Below, piece after piece: positions 19,032 to 29,228 of a DNA stretch of 64,000 nt. Each line of letters starts with the position of its first letter. Within the stretch, counting starts at the first letter, position 1. Origin of the DNA: an uncultured delta proteobacterium (GTDB lineage Bacteria; Myxococcota_A; Polyangia; Polyangiales; JAFGIB01); assembly GCA_963778655.1 (NCBI GenBank), contig CAVZVA010000010.1:1536001-1600000 (forward strand). Reading direction: 5' to 3'. Position numbers and translations under genes: made by a program. The notes beneath the pieces were generated by a model. That model had not been told where the DNA came from, did not search any database, and worked only from the letters and a program-made list of their open reading frames with translations.

Positions 19032-20864
19032 TCACGGCGCGCGCGCCGGGTCCGGCTGCGCCGCCCCCTGCGCCGCCACCCATTGCCGCGCCTCTGCTGC
19101 GACCATCGCCGCCGGCTCCGCCACGTCGAGCGGAAGCGGCTTGCCCGTGATGGTCTCGATCGCGTGCTTGGCGAAGAAGCGCACCAGCGGGTAGGGGTGC
19201 GAGAGCTGCGCCGCAAGCTGCGGCAGCGCGGCGGCCTCGCGCCGCTCTCCCAGCACCCCGATCGCCACCGCCTGCTCGTGCGGCTTGCCGTGCTGCAGCG
19301 TGCTCAGCATCACGTTGGCCCCGAGGTCCGCACCGTACAGTCGGTGCAGCGCGCCGCGGTCGTAATGCTTGCCCCAGAAGCGCTCCATCGCGCTCACCAG
19401 CTCTTCGACGCTCTTGTCCGCGTGACACAGCGCGCACTCTAGCGGGCGGTCGCCCAGCACGCGCGCCTCGTCGGTGGGCGAGCCGATGCGGTGATAGCGC
19501 GTGAGCGTGTAGTCCAGCCCCATGTTCTTGCGCGGCATGTGGCAATTCAGGCACGCGCTGCCCTCGCCGTTAGGCGCGTGGTGGGTGTGCGCCGCCAGCG
19601 CCGCGCGCGACCCCAGCTCGGCATGACAGCGCACGCACAGCTTGTTGCCCTGCGCGCCTCCCAGCGCCTGCAGGTGCTGCGCGCTGTCCTTCGCGTGCGG
19701 ATCGTGACAATCCACGCAGCTCAGCTGGCTCGAGCAGCCGCCCAGCAGCAGGTCGCGTGCCTCGCCCGAGTTGGTCGAGCTGCCGCCGGGGTGGGGCCCC
19801 CTGCGCCGGCCGCCCTCCCAGCTCCACGCATAGCCGCTAAACAGCACGGTGTGACAGCGCGCGCACACGTGATTGATGCGCTCGGCGCGCGTCGGTGCGT
19901 GCCCGTCCGGCGGCCCGAGCTGCAGCAGCGGGCTCTGCACGCCGAACGCCGGGCGCAGGCTGGGGTCGCCGGCGTGCTCGCGCGCGCCGCCGTGGCAGGC
20001 CTCGCAGCCGATGCCCACCTCGATCAGGTGCGCGCCCTGCAGCCTGCGGCGCGTCACGTTGGTGGCCTCGAGCAGCGCCTCCCGCAACGACGCGCGCGGG
20101 TCGGGCCGCTCGCCGCCCAGGAACGCGATCTCGTCGCCCAGCGCGCGCTGCAGTCGCGGCTCATCGCTCACGCTCGTGCGCCACAAGCGCGCGCTCGGCA
20201 GCAAGTGGTCGGATATGCTGCCCTGATAGCTCTTGGCGCCGGGGCCGAACAAGTCGTCGTACAGATAGGTGAGGTAGGGCAGCGTGTTGTGGCAGCCGAT
20301 GCAGGTCGCGCCCCAGATCGGGCCGGCCGACAGGCCCGGCCGCTCGGTCACCATCACCGAGTAACCCTTCGAGCGCCACGACGCGGTCGAGAACACGTAC
20401 GAGACCGGCATCACCAGCTCCGGCCCGTGCCCGCGCGAGCGCTCGGGGTCGGCGTCGCCGGTGACGTCGATGCCGACGAAGTCCTCGCGGATGCGCCCCC
20501 CGATCACCTTGGTGATGCGGTACAGGTGCTCGCCCTTGCGGTTCGATAGCCGCATGAAGCGCGCGCGCCCGATCCGCTCCATGCGTACGCTGTCGTCGCG
20601 CACCCGGAACTGGGTGCCGTCGAAGGGTGCGACGATGTGCGGGTGCGCCGCGCGCCGCGTCATCCCGTGCATCGGCGAGCGGCTCCAGCGCCGGTAGATC
20701 CCGCCGTGACACCGCCCGCACGCGCGCGAGCCCGCGTAGTCGGCGCGCAGGATGTTGCTGTGCACGCGCGGCGGCTCCGCGCGATCGGGGCGGGCTGAGC
20801 CTGGACCGGTGCCCCCGCCGCAGCCCCACGCGGCGCTCAGCAGGACCAGCGCGCGCGCGCCCAT
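19032..20864 (-). CDS. Octaheme c-type cytochrome lipoprotein with C-terminal HEAT-like repeat
   Basis: Eight CxxCH motifs (CGRCH, CIGCH, CEACH, CARCH, CVDCH, CVRCH, CLNCH, CALCH); lipobox-like AAWGC; C-terminal AVAIGVLG...YPLVRFFAKHAI. Confidence 0.88.
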   Translation of the reverse strand: MGARALVLLSAAWGCGGGTGPGSARPDRAEPPRVHSNILRADYAGSRACGRCHGGIYRRWSRSPMHGMTRRAAHPHIVAPFDGTQFRVRDDSVRMERIGRARFMRLSNRKGEHLYRITKVIGGRIREDFVGIDVTGDADPERSRGHGPELVMPVSYVFSTASWRSKGYSVMVTERPGLSAGPIWGATCIGCHNTLPYLTYLYDDLFGPGAKSYQGSISDHLLPSARLWRTSVSDEPRLQRALGDEIAFLGGERPDPRASLREALLEATNVTRRRLQGAHLIEVGIGCEACHGGAREHAGDPSLRPAFGVQSPLLQLGPPDGHAPTRAERINHVCARCHTVLFSGYAWSWEGGRRRGPHPGGSSTNSGEARDLLLGGCSSQLSCVDCHDPHAKDSAQHLQALGGAQGNKLCVRCHAELGSRAALAAHTHHAPNGEGSACLNCHMPRKNMGLDYTLTRYHRIGSPTDEARVLGDRPLECALCHADKSVEELVSAMERFWGKHYDRGALHRLYGADLGANVMLSTLQHGKPHEQAVAIGVLGERREAAALPQLAAQLSHPYPLVRFFAKHAIETITGKPLPLDVAEPAAMVAAEARQWVAAQGAAQPDPARAP

Positions 20865-21165
20865 GCGCACGGCGCGGATGCGGCCGGAGCCCAGCCGTCG
20901 ATCGCTGCGCAGGGTCTCCAAGCCACGGCCTGCCCGCAAGCTCACGGCTCCGAATGCTACTGCAATTCAGCGCGCAAATGGCGCCCGCGGGCGCGGGGAA
21001 AGCCGTGCCGGAGGGACCCATTCACCCCGCCGATCGTGCACCGCCGCACATCCGAGCACCCTGAAGGCGGGCGCGCGCAGCCAGGCGCGCGGCACCCACC
21101 GATTCTGCGCGTTCTTCGCGTCCGCGGCTTCGGACGCCGCCTGAGCGCGATACAATCGAGCTTGG

Positions 21166-22143
21166 ATGTCGTCCCGGCCGTTGACGTTGCTGCTCTTGCG
21201 CGAGGGGCGCGACGCGATCCACTTGGAGCTGCCCGGTTCGTGGCGGCTGCTCCTGTTCGGGTCGCTGCTGGTGCCGCTGATGATGGGCGCGACCGCGCGT
21301 CGCTGCCTCGAGCTGCCTTCGCGCGCCGGCGGCTTATCGCTGCACGCGCGCGAGGTCGCCGGAAGCCTGCGCACGCTTGCGCTCGACACCGATAGCGGAG
21401 AGGCGCCGCCGCCGCCGGAGCGCTTGCACGTGCGCGTGCCGCGAGCGCTAGCCGAGGAGAAGACCTTCGCGGCCGCGGCGCCGCCGAGCCCGCCCGAGCT
21501 GTCGCGCGCGCCGCGCGCGGCCCCGGCCGTGCTCGCCTCGGCGACGCGCGCGGTGCTGTCGGCGCGCGAGATCGCCCGCGCCTTTCCCTCGCGCCACGGC
21601 ATCACCGCGGTCGACCCCCAGGCCGCCGACGAGCTCGCCCGAGGCTGGCTGCGTCTGTCCGCGCTGCACCTGGGCGAGTCGATCCGCGTGCGGCCGTTCG
21701 GCGACGACGGACGGCCACAGCCGGCGGCGTTCGACGCGCTGCGCCATCTGATGCGCTGCCGCGTCACCGGCGAGGAGGTCGCGATCGATCCGCGTCTGGT
21801 GCGGCTGCTGGTCCAGCTCTCCACCCACTACAACCGGCCGATCCAGCTGGTCTCCGGTCATCGCACCCCGTTCGTGATCGGCACCCATCCGACCAGCCAA
21901 CACGCGTTCGGGCGCGCGGCCGACATCCGCATCGCCGGCGTGCCGATCGAGTCGCTGCGCAGCACGGCGATCGAGCTGGGGGCGCGCGGCGTGGGCCTGT
22001 ATCCAGAGAAGGGCTTCGTCCACATCGATGTGCGCAACAAGCCCAAATACTTCTGGACCTATACGGAAGCCGAGGGCGAGCAAGCCGACATGCGACCGCC
22101 GAGCACCGCGTTTGCGTCCGGCGCCCGCGCATCGCTGCGCTGA
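21166..22143 (+). CDS. YcbK/DUF882 family peptidase M15A (Zn peptidoglycan peptidase)
   Basis: IDPRL...VSGHR...SQHAFGRAADI...GVGLYP...FVHIDVR. Confidence 0.88.
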   Translation: MSSRPLTLLLLREGRDAIHLELPGSWRLLLFGSLLVPLMMGATARRCLELPSRAGGLSLHAREVAGSLRTLALDTDSGEAPPPPERLHVRVPRALAEEKTFAAAAPPSPPELSRAPRAAPAVLASATRAVLSAREIARAFPSRHGITAVDPQAADELARGWLRLSALHLGESIRVRPFGDDGRPQPAAFDALRHLMRCRVTGEEVAIDPRLVRLLVQLSTHYNRPIQLVSGHRTPFVIGTHPTSQHAFGRAADIRIAGVPIESLRSTAIELGARGVGLYPEKGFVHIDVRNKPKYFWTYTEAEGEQADMRPPSTAFASGARASLR

Positions 22144-22298
22144 GCAGCGGTTTGCGCGCCAGCAAAAGCCGACAGATCGGCGCGCTCCGGGCGCGTATTG
22201 CATTGTGCGCGCGTCTTGCGGTCCGACGCTGCCCCTCTACAGTACCGGACCAGGGGGCGGCGAGCGCCTCGCGAGTCTGGGTGTCGGAGAGGTGAGCC

Positions 22299-23687
22299 AT
22301 GCGAGAGTTGAGCATCGTCGGACGATGGGTGGGGTGTTGCGTGCTGGCCCTGGCCGCTGGCTGCGGCTCGAGCGGAAACGGGTCCGGGAGCTCCGGCAAG
22401 ACGGGGAGCAAGTCGGGAGGGCCGGCGGCCGACGGCGTGCCGTGCGACGTGGCTGACGTCGTCAGCAACAACTGCACGCTATGTCACGCAGCCAGCCCGA
22501 TCGGCGGCGCGCCGATGTCGCTGATGAAGCTCGCGGACTTCCACGCGGCCGCCAAGAGCGATCCGGCGCGCAAGGTCTATCAAGTGGTGCCGGAGCGCAT
22601 CAACGCCAGCGACATCGCGCGCCGCATGCCGCCGGCGTCGCGTAGCGCGCTCCGCGCCGCGGACCTGAAGACGCTCGACGACTGGGTCGAGGCGGGCGCG
22701 CCGGGCAGCAAGCAGTCGTGCGCGATCACAGCCTCGCCCGACCAGGACGGCGGCGCGGCGGGCGCGGCCGGCAGCACCGCCACCGGACAGACCGTGCCCG
22801 GCAGCGGCGGCGTCGAGATGACCAAGATCGAATACAACGACCCGTTGATGAAGTGCTATCGCTTCCTGGCGCACGCGGACGGCGACAAGCTGCAGCCCTT
22901 CGCGGTCAGCACCCAGCCCGACCAGTACGTCAACTTCGAGTTCGCCTCGCCTTGGACCGGTCTGGTCTACGCGCGCTCGTACGCGTCGGTGATCGACAAC
23001 GCCGCGGTGCTGCACCACTGGCTCTTCTACAAGAACGACAACGGCCAGCAGTCCAACGACGGGACCGCCAAGCCTTCGATCGGCGCGCACCCCGGCGGGC
23101 AGCTGGTCAACGGCTGGGCGCCGGGCGGCACGCCGACCTACCTCGATCCGGACGTCGGCGTCGAGATGCCCGATACCGCGACCTACACGCTGGAGATCCA
23201 CTACAACAACGGCACCGGCGCGACTGCGCCCGACTCGAGCGGGATCGAGGTGTGCGTGACGCCGACCGAGCCCACCTACGTGGCGACCATTTCGTGGCTC
23301 GGTACCGACAACATCAACGGCACGATGGCCTCGGGCACCTGCATGCCCACAGGCAGCGAGCGCATCCACATCATCGGGGCGACGCCGCACATGCACATCA
23401 AGGGCAAGCGCATGCAGGTGGTGCTGAACCGCGCCGACGGCAGCAGCGAGACGCTGCACGACATGCCGTTCGACTTCAACTACCAGATCGGCTACTCGCA
23501 GGACGCATGGGTCGAGCCCGGCGACAGCATCACCACCACCTGCTACTACAGCGCGCCTGCGACCTTCGGCCAGGCCACCACCGACGAAATGTGCTACTGG
23601 TTCGCGCTCTACTACCCGAAGCTGGCGCTGACCAACCACAACGTGATCGCCCAGCTCATCCACGGCCCCAACACCTGCCTGAACTGA
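22299..23687 (+). CDS. Lipoprotein: monoheme cytochrome c domain + copper type II (PHM/DBH-like) monooxygenase
   Basis: Lipobox LAAGC; CTLCH...MPP heme domain; Cu ligands VLHHW, EIHY, PHMH, DEMC. Confidence 0.85.
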   Translation: MRELSIVGRWVGCCVLALAAGCGSSGNGSGSSGKTGSKSGGPAADGVPCDVADVVSNNCTLCHAASPIGGAPMSLMKLADFHAAAKSDPARKVYQVVPERINASDIARRMPPASRSALRAADLKTLDDWVEAGAPGSKQSCAITASPDQDGGAAGAAGSTATGQTVPGSGGVEMTKIEYNDPLMKCYRFLAHADGDKLQPFAVSTQPDQYVNFEFASPWTGLVYARSYASVIDNAAVLHHWLFYKNDNGQQSNDGTAKPSIGAHPGGQLVNGWAPGGTPTYLDPDVGVEMPDTATYTLEIHYNNGTGATAPDSSGIEVCVTPTEPTYVATISWLGTDNINGTMASGTCMPTGSERIHIIGATPHMHIKGKRMQVVLNRADGSSETLHDMPFDFNYQIGYSQDAWVEPGDSITTTCYYSAPATFGQATTDEMCYWFALYYPKLALTNHNVIAQLIHGPNTCLN

Positions 23688-23748
23688 AGGCTCAGCCCAG
23701 CCGCGGAGAGGCTCAGCGGTGATCGGCCACGACCGCTGGGACGCGCGC

Positions 23749-26700
23749 TTAGCCTTGCTGGGTGGCCGCGCTCACCACCACCGGCTCGCCCTGGGCGAGC
23801 GCTCCGGTGCGGTCCAGCTTGCGCCAGCCGTGGCGCGCCCCGCGCACCGCCGCGATCATCGCCTTGAAGCAGACGTAGTACATGATCTGGCGATAGGAGA
23901 AGCGCTGCACCAGCAGCAGCGACAGCCAGCGCAGCGGTTTGCGATCGAGCGAGAACGCCAGCAGCGAGCCGCAGATGTCCATCGCGAGAAACGCCAGATA
24001 GCCGGCCAGGAACGCGCGCCAGTCGCCGCGGAAGACCGACAGCACCATCATGATGTCGCCGATCGGGCTGAGCAGCGGGAACAGCCCCTGGAAGACCACC
24101 ATGTTCGGCAAACCGATCCAGCCCAGTGTCCCGCGGAAGAACGCCGGCCGGTGCTTCCACAGACACTGGTAGGTCCCGTAGGTCCAGCGGAAGCGCTGCC
24201 GCAGCAGCGCGCGCAGCGACTCCGGGGCCTCGGTCCGGCCGTAGGCTTCCGGCTCGTAGACCACGCGTCCGCCGCGCCGCAGGATGGTCAGCGTAAGGTC
24301 CGCGTCTTCGGTCAGGGTCTGGTCGCTGTAGCCGCCCGCGGCCAGCACCGCCTCGCGCCGCCATGCGCCCAGTGCTCCCGGCACCACCGAGATGCAGTTG
24401 AGCGCCGAGAACGCGCGCCGGTCGAAGTTCTGGCTGGTCACGTACTCGATCGCTTGGAACGCGGTGAACAAGCCGTTGACGTTGCCCACCTCGACGTTGC
24501 CGCAGACCGCCGTCACCTCGGGCGCGGCGAAATGTGCCAGCATCTTCGGAATCGACTGTGGCGAGACGATGGTGTCGGCGTCCACCGCCACCACGATCTG
24601 GCCCCGCGCGGCGTGCAGCGCGCGGTTGGCCGCGCTCGCCTTGCCGCCGTTGTGCTGCTTGATCAGGCGGATGCTCGGATGCGCCGCGGCCAGCGCCGCC
24701 ACCACATCCGCGGTGGCGTCGGTCGAGCCGTCGTCGACCACCAGGATCTCCAGCCTGTCGTAATCACTCGCGAGCAACGAGCGCAGCGTGGTGGCGATCA
24801 CCTTGGCTTCGTTGAACGCGGGCACGATCACGGTGACCAGCGGGTGGAAATCCTCGGGTGCCGCGGGCGCCTTGCTCTTGAGGTTCTTCAGCGTCAGCCC
24901 GCCCAGGAACACGATGCGGATGATCGACAGCACGGTGCAGACGAAGAACAGCACCGCGAGCGCGGTCCAACCCCAGCCGCGCGCGTAGGCCATGAAGGCG
25001 TCGCTGGCCGACAGCAGCCGGTCGCTCGGCGGCAGCGCCATCGCCAGCTCGTCGCGTCTGACCCCGAGCATCTGGTCGAGCGACACGAACTGGTAGCCGC
25101 GCTTGCGCAGCTCGGGCACCAGCTTGCGCACGGCGGCCACCGTGCGCGAGCGGTCGCCCCCGCCGTCGTGCATGACCACGATGCGCCCCACGCCGCTGGT
25201 CACGTCGTGCACGACGCGATCGACGATGTCCTGCGCGCTCTTGGCGTTCCAGTCGCTGGGATCGACGTTGGCGCCCACGAACAGGTACCCGTTCTGCAGC
25301 GCGATCCGCAGGTCCGCCAGATCGCCCGGCGAGTCCGGGTCGACCTCGGCCGTGTAGGGCGCGCGGAACAGCGGGGTGCGCTTTCCGGTCAGCCCCTCGA
25401 CCAGGCGCTGGGTGGCGGCGAGCTGCGCCGCGGCTTCGCGCGGCGTTAGCGTGTCCATGTGCGGGTGCGTGAACGAGTGGTTGCCGACCAGGTGCCCCTC
25501 GTCCGCCTCGCGCACCACCAGGTCGGGCGCGCGCATCGCCTGGTCGCCCACCACGAAGAAGGTGGCCGGGGCCTTCACCTCGCGCAGCGCGTCGAGCAGC
25601 GCGCCGGTGTTGCGCTCGTCGGGGCCGTCGTCGAAGGTCAGCGCCACGCGCTTGCCCTTGCCGCCCAGCCGCTCGACCACGTAGCCGCTGGGTACACGCG
25701 TGTAGATCCCGCTGGTGATCTCGCCGTCCTGGCCCAGCACGAGCGTGCGCGCACCCGACTGCGGTTCCCCGCGGATCGTGAACACCTCGCCTTGTCCGAA
25801 CAGGCCGACCGACTTGACCGGCGGCACGCTCGCCAGCACCTGCGGCGAGCGCGGCGGCGTGTCCGCGCCCAGCACCGACCACAGCGTTTCGTCTTCGGTG
25901 CCGAGCCGCCACAGGCCCACGCGCGAGACCTGCCGCGCGCGCAGCGCCGCCAGCTCGTCCCAGGTCGCCAGCGCGTCCTGGAACCAGACCTCGTGGGTGT
26001 CGCCCTGGTGATCGCGATAGCCGAAGTGGCCGTTCTCGATCTGCCGCTCGAACACCGGCTTCGCGTTGGCCGCGCGCGCCAGATCCATCGCGGCACGGAA
26101 GGACAGATCCTCTGCCGGCTGTTTGCCGCCGCCGAGCGTCCAGTCGTAACCGTAGCTGCCGAGCACCACCACCACGCGGTCGGCCGGCAGCCTGGGCAGC
26201 ACCTCGTCGAAGGACTCCTTGAGCCAGGTGCGCGAGGCGATCGGGCCCGGCGCCGACGACGGGTAGTGCTGGTCGTAGGCCATCACCATCACCGCGTCGG
26301 CGACGTTGCCGATGTACTCGAAGTCGAAGGCCGGATCGTGGAACGGCACGTCCACGGTCAAGCGCATCGAGTGCGCGTGCAGGGCGGCGCGCAGCTCCAC
26401 GATCAGCTCGAGAAACGCCTCCGAATCCTCGGGCTGCAGCTCCTCGAGATCGAGGTTGATGCCGGCGGCGCCAAGCGCCGAAAGCCGCGCCACCAACTTC
26501 TTCTCCAGACATTGGCGCGCCGCGTCGTCGGCCAGGAACTTCGAGGTCTCGGCGCCGCGCCAGGTGTCGCCGATCAGGTTTGCCAGGCGCGGGATCACCA
26601 GCACGTCGGTGCGACCCAGCACGCGCCGCGTCTTGTCGTCGACGTGCTCGACCAAATCGCAGCCGGGGCCCGGAAGCTCGAACCAATCGGGCACCACGAT

Positions 26701-27090
26701 GTCGATGTAGCCCACGTGGCGCTCGAGCGACGCCACCGAGGCCGGGTCGTCCTGCACCGCAAACGCGACCACCGCCCCCTGCGGCAGCGGCATCGCGCCG
26801 CCGCGCGCGTCGCCGACCAGCTTGTCGCGGCGCTTCTTTTCCTGCGCGCGGATCCACTTCATGTGCCGCTTCTGCTTGGCTGTGTAGACCGGGCGCAGGT
26901 CGTGCGCGAGCGAGGCGCGCACCAGCGTCGCCTGGACTTGGGAGCGCGCCGAGAGTGGATTGGGCACGTGCGGCGGCACCATCACGCTGGCGATCGTGAT
27001 GCCGAGCGCGCCCAGCGCCGCCACCACCAGCAGCGAGAATACGACCAGCGAGCGACGCCAGCGACGATGGGACGGGTCTTCGAAAATCAT
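23749..27090 (-). CDS. Trifunctional GH18-like glycosyl hydrolase / CE4 polysaccharide deacetylase / GT2 glycosyltransferase
   Basis: GH18: GINLDLE, VMAYDQH, SYGYDW, LWRLG. CE4: TFDDGP, NHSFTH, FRAPY, MHDGG. GT2: DDGSTD, DADT, TEDAD, QRFRW, C-terminal TMs. Confidence 0.93.
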   Translation of the reverse strand: MIFEDPSHRRWRRSLVVFSLLVVAALGALGITIASVMVPPHVPNPLSARSQVQATLVRASLAHDLRPVYTAKQKRHMKWIRAQEKKRRDKLVGDARGGAMPLPQGAVVAFAVQDDPASVASLERHVGYIDIVVPDWFELPGPGCDLVEHVDDKTRRVLGRTDVLVIPRLANLIGDTWRGAETSKFLADDAARQCLEKKLVARLSALGAAGINLDLEELQPEDSEAFLELIVELRAALHAHSMRLTVDVPFHDPAFDFEYIGNVADAVMVMAYDQHYPSSAPGPIASRTWLKESFDEVLPRLPADRVVVVLGSYGYDWTLGGGKQPAEDLSFRAAMDLARAANAKPVFERQIENGHFGYRDHQGDTHEVWFQDALATWDELAALRARQVSRVGLWRLGTEDETLWSVLGADTPPRSPQVLASVPPVKSVGLFGQGEVFTIRGEPQSGARTLVLGQDGEITSGIYTRVPSGYVVERLGGKGKRVALTFDDGPDERNTGALLDALREVKAPATFFVVGDQAMRAPDLVVREADEGHLVGNHSFTHPHMDTLTPREAAAQLAATQRLVEGLTGKRTPLFRAPYTAEVDPDSPGDLADLRIALQNGYLFVGANVDPSDWNAKSAQDIVDRVVHDVTSGVGRIVVMHDGGGDRSRTVAAVRKLVPELRKRGYQFVSLDQMLGVRRDELAMALPPSDRLLSASDAFMAYARGWGWTALAVLFFVCTVLSIIRIVFLGGLTLKNLKSKAPAAPEDFHPLVTVIVPAFNEAKVIATTLRSLLASDYDRLEILVVDDGSTDATADVVAALAAAHPSIRLIKQHNGGKASAANRALHAARGQIVVAVDADTIVSPQSIPKMLAHFAAPEVTAVCGNVEVGNVNGLFTAFQAIEYVTSQNFDRRAFSALNCISVVPGALGAWRREAVLAAGGYSDQTLTEDADLTLTILRRGGRVVYEPEAYGRTEAPESLRALLRQRFRWTYGTYQCLWKHRPAFFRGTLGWIGLPNMVVFQGLFPLLSPIGDIMMVLSVFRGDWRAFLAGYLAFLAMDICGSLLAFSLDRKPLRWLSLLLVQRFSYRQIMYYVCFKAMIAAVRGARHGWRKLDRTGALAQGEPVVVSAATQQG

Positions 27091-29015
27091 GGCTGCACCT
27101 CGAAGCCGCCGAGGGCTACCGCGGTTCGCGGTCGTACGATGAAAAGTGGGTCGAACGCAACGGCGCGCTCCACAGACACGCCTGGGTCACGGGCTGCATA
27201 AGTTAGCACAGGGCTGCCGGCGAGCAGCAGAAGTTGGGGGCAGCCGGTGGCCTGCCAGTCGCTGCGCAGGCGCGGCCAGTCGCCCGCGCCATCGGCGAGC
27301 ACGTGCACCCGCGGGCGCGGCGTCAGCTGCGCAAATACGCCGTCGAGGTTGGCGTTGTCGGTCGCCGGCTTCCAAGCGCCGCGGCACACGTCCGGGTGGC
27401 GCTCCACGCCCAGAGCCCAGAATTCCGGCGCAATCCAAGCCGTTGCGTTGATTGCGTGGCGCGCGTCGTAGAACGCGCGCGTGCCTGCGCCCGCTGCGAG
27501 CCAACGCTGCACGGCGACTTTGGCGTCCTTGGCGTGGGTTACGGCGACTGCGCCTTCGGCGATGCACACGACGGCGCCGGCCGCCAACCACGCCGAGAGC
27601 CACGCGTGGCGGCCTGCGCCGACCAATGTCTCGGCTGCGATCGCGATCGCGAGCGCGCCGGCCCCCCAAAGCCATAGCGTGTAACGCGGCCACCAGCTCA
27701 TCGGCTGCAGCGCGAAGCACGCGGCGCTCAGCACCACCACCAGCGCCAGCAAGCTGCGTCCCTCGCGTCCACGGCGGCGGCGTCCTGCCATCACGAAGCC
27801 GATCGCCGGCAGCGCCAGCAGCGGCCAGGCGTAACCGAGCCCCGCCAGGCGCGAGTCGAAGTCGAGCGCCGGACCGCTCCACTGCAACCAGCTGTGCAGC
27901 ACGCGGCCGAGCGGGCCGAGCGCGCGCAGCTGCGGCGGCGTGTTGTGCGCGGTGTCGAGAATCGCATCCATGCTGCCGACGCCGCGCAGCAAGGTGTGCC
28001 CCGCCACGCGGATCTCCACCGGCCACAATGGGTTGCCCGTGTGCACCAGGTTGCGTGCCGCCCAGAACAAGCCGGGCGCGCTCCACGCCAGCGCCGTGCT
28101 CGTCCAGCGCACGGTCGAGGCCAAGCGCAGCGCCTGGCCGCGCGCGTTCCACGCGCGCACCACGACGAGCGCCAGCGCGCACAGCGCGACGAAGCCCAGG
28201 CCCGTGCCCTTGAGCGCGAGCGCGTGCGCCGCGGCCATGCCGGTGGCGGCCAGCAGCAGCGGGTCGGGACGCGGCGCGCGCGCAAGCAGCGCAGTGCAGC
28301 ACAGCAGCGCCACGCTGGCGCCGGCAAAGGCGGCGTCCACGTAGCCGCTCGCGGCGTTGAGCAGCATCATCGGCACCAGCACGAACACGGCGCTCGCGGC
28401 GGCCGCGAGCTCGCGACGCACGCCGGCCGCGCGCGCGCTGGCGAAGATCGCGAGCGCGCCGGCCGCGACATAGACGAAGCTGGTGGTGCTGGCGAAGCGC
28501 AGCGAGCCGGTGGCGGCCGCGAGCACTGCCGACACCGCCTCTTGCCCCAGCGGGTAACCGTTGCGCACCGGGTCGTCGCTGACCACCCAGGCGATGCGCC
28601 CGGCGTCGAGCCATTGCGCGATCACGGGCAGCCGATAGGCGAGCGCGTCATACGCCACCACCGGCAGGGTGGATGCGCACAGCACGCCGAGCGCGAACGC
28701 GAGCGCGCCGGCGGCGCACAGCGCGCGCGCGGCCAGGCGCGCGGCGCCGACCAGGGGCGGCGGCGGCACCAGGCCGCTGTCGGGCTCGCGGCTGTCCTGC
28801 GCGCGCAGCGCGAGGCGGGCGAGCCAGAACGTCAAAGCGGCAGCCCCTGAGAGCAGCCCCAGCGCCGCGTCACGGTGCGCGAGCGGCCGGGCGCCCAGCG
28901 CCGAGCTGAGCACTACGGCTGCGTGCACGAACCAGGGAAAGCCCAGTGCCACGAGCAGCGCCGCCCCTGCCGGGCCGGCGACGGGCGACCGCGGCGTCTG
29001 CAAGGGTGGGGTCAT
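27087..29015 (-). CDS. Multi-pass membrane protein, GT-C/ArnT-like fold
   Basis: More than 10 hydrophobic segments; YDALAYRLP, NGYP, GYVD, LKGTG, RNLVHTGNPLWP; 4-bp overlap with the GT2 fusion. Confidence 0.7.
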   Translation of the reverse strand: MTPPLQTPRSPVAGPAGAALLVALGFPWFVHAAVVLSSALGARPLAHRDAALGLLSGAAALTFWLARLALRAQDSREPDSGLVPPPPLVGAARLAARALCAAGALAFALGVLCASTLPVVAYDALAYRLPVIAQWLDAGRIAWVVSDDPVRNGYPLGQEAVSAVLAAATGSLRFASTTSFVYVAAGALAIFASARAAGVRRELAAAASAVFVLVPMMLLNAASGYVDAAFAGASVALLCCTALLARAPRPDPLLLAATGMAAAHALALKGTGLGFVALCALALVVVRAWNARGQALRLASTVRWTSTALAWSAPGLFWAARNLVHTGNPLWPVEIRVAGHTLLRGVGSMDAILDTAHNTPPQLRALGPLGRVLHSWLQWSGPALDFDSRLAGLGYAWPLLALPAIGFVMAGRRRRGREGRSLLALVVVLSAACFALQPMSWWPRYTLWLWGAGALAIAIAAETLVGAGRHAWLSAWLAAGAVVCIAEGAVAVTHAKDAKVAVQRWLAAGAGTRAFYDARHAINATAWIAPEFWALGVERHPDVCRGAWKPATDNANLDGVFAQLTPRPRVHVLADGAGDWPRLRSDWQATGCPQLLLLAGSPVLTYAARDPGVSVERAVAFDPLFIVRPRTAVALGGFEVQP

Positions 29016-29228
29016 GCGATGCACCTGGAACACGGGTGGCGAACCGGACTTCGGCCTCGGCGATGGCTTCGACGTGCGTCGCGGGTCAAACTTTCCTCCC
29101 GAACGCGCGAAGTGCAACACGACCCGGGTATCCTTCGTCGACCGCGCGCGTCTAAGCGCGACACCACCCCCGTATCGTTGGGAGCTCGTCGGCTGCGGGG
29201 CCGGCCCGACAAACGATCCACCGCCACC

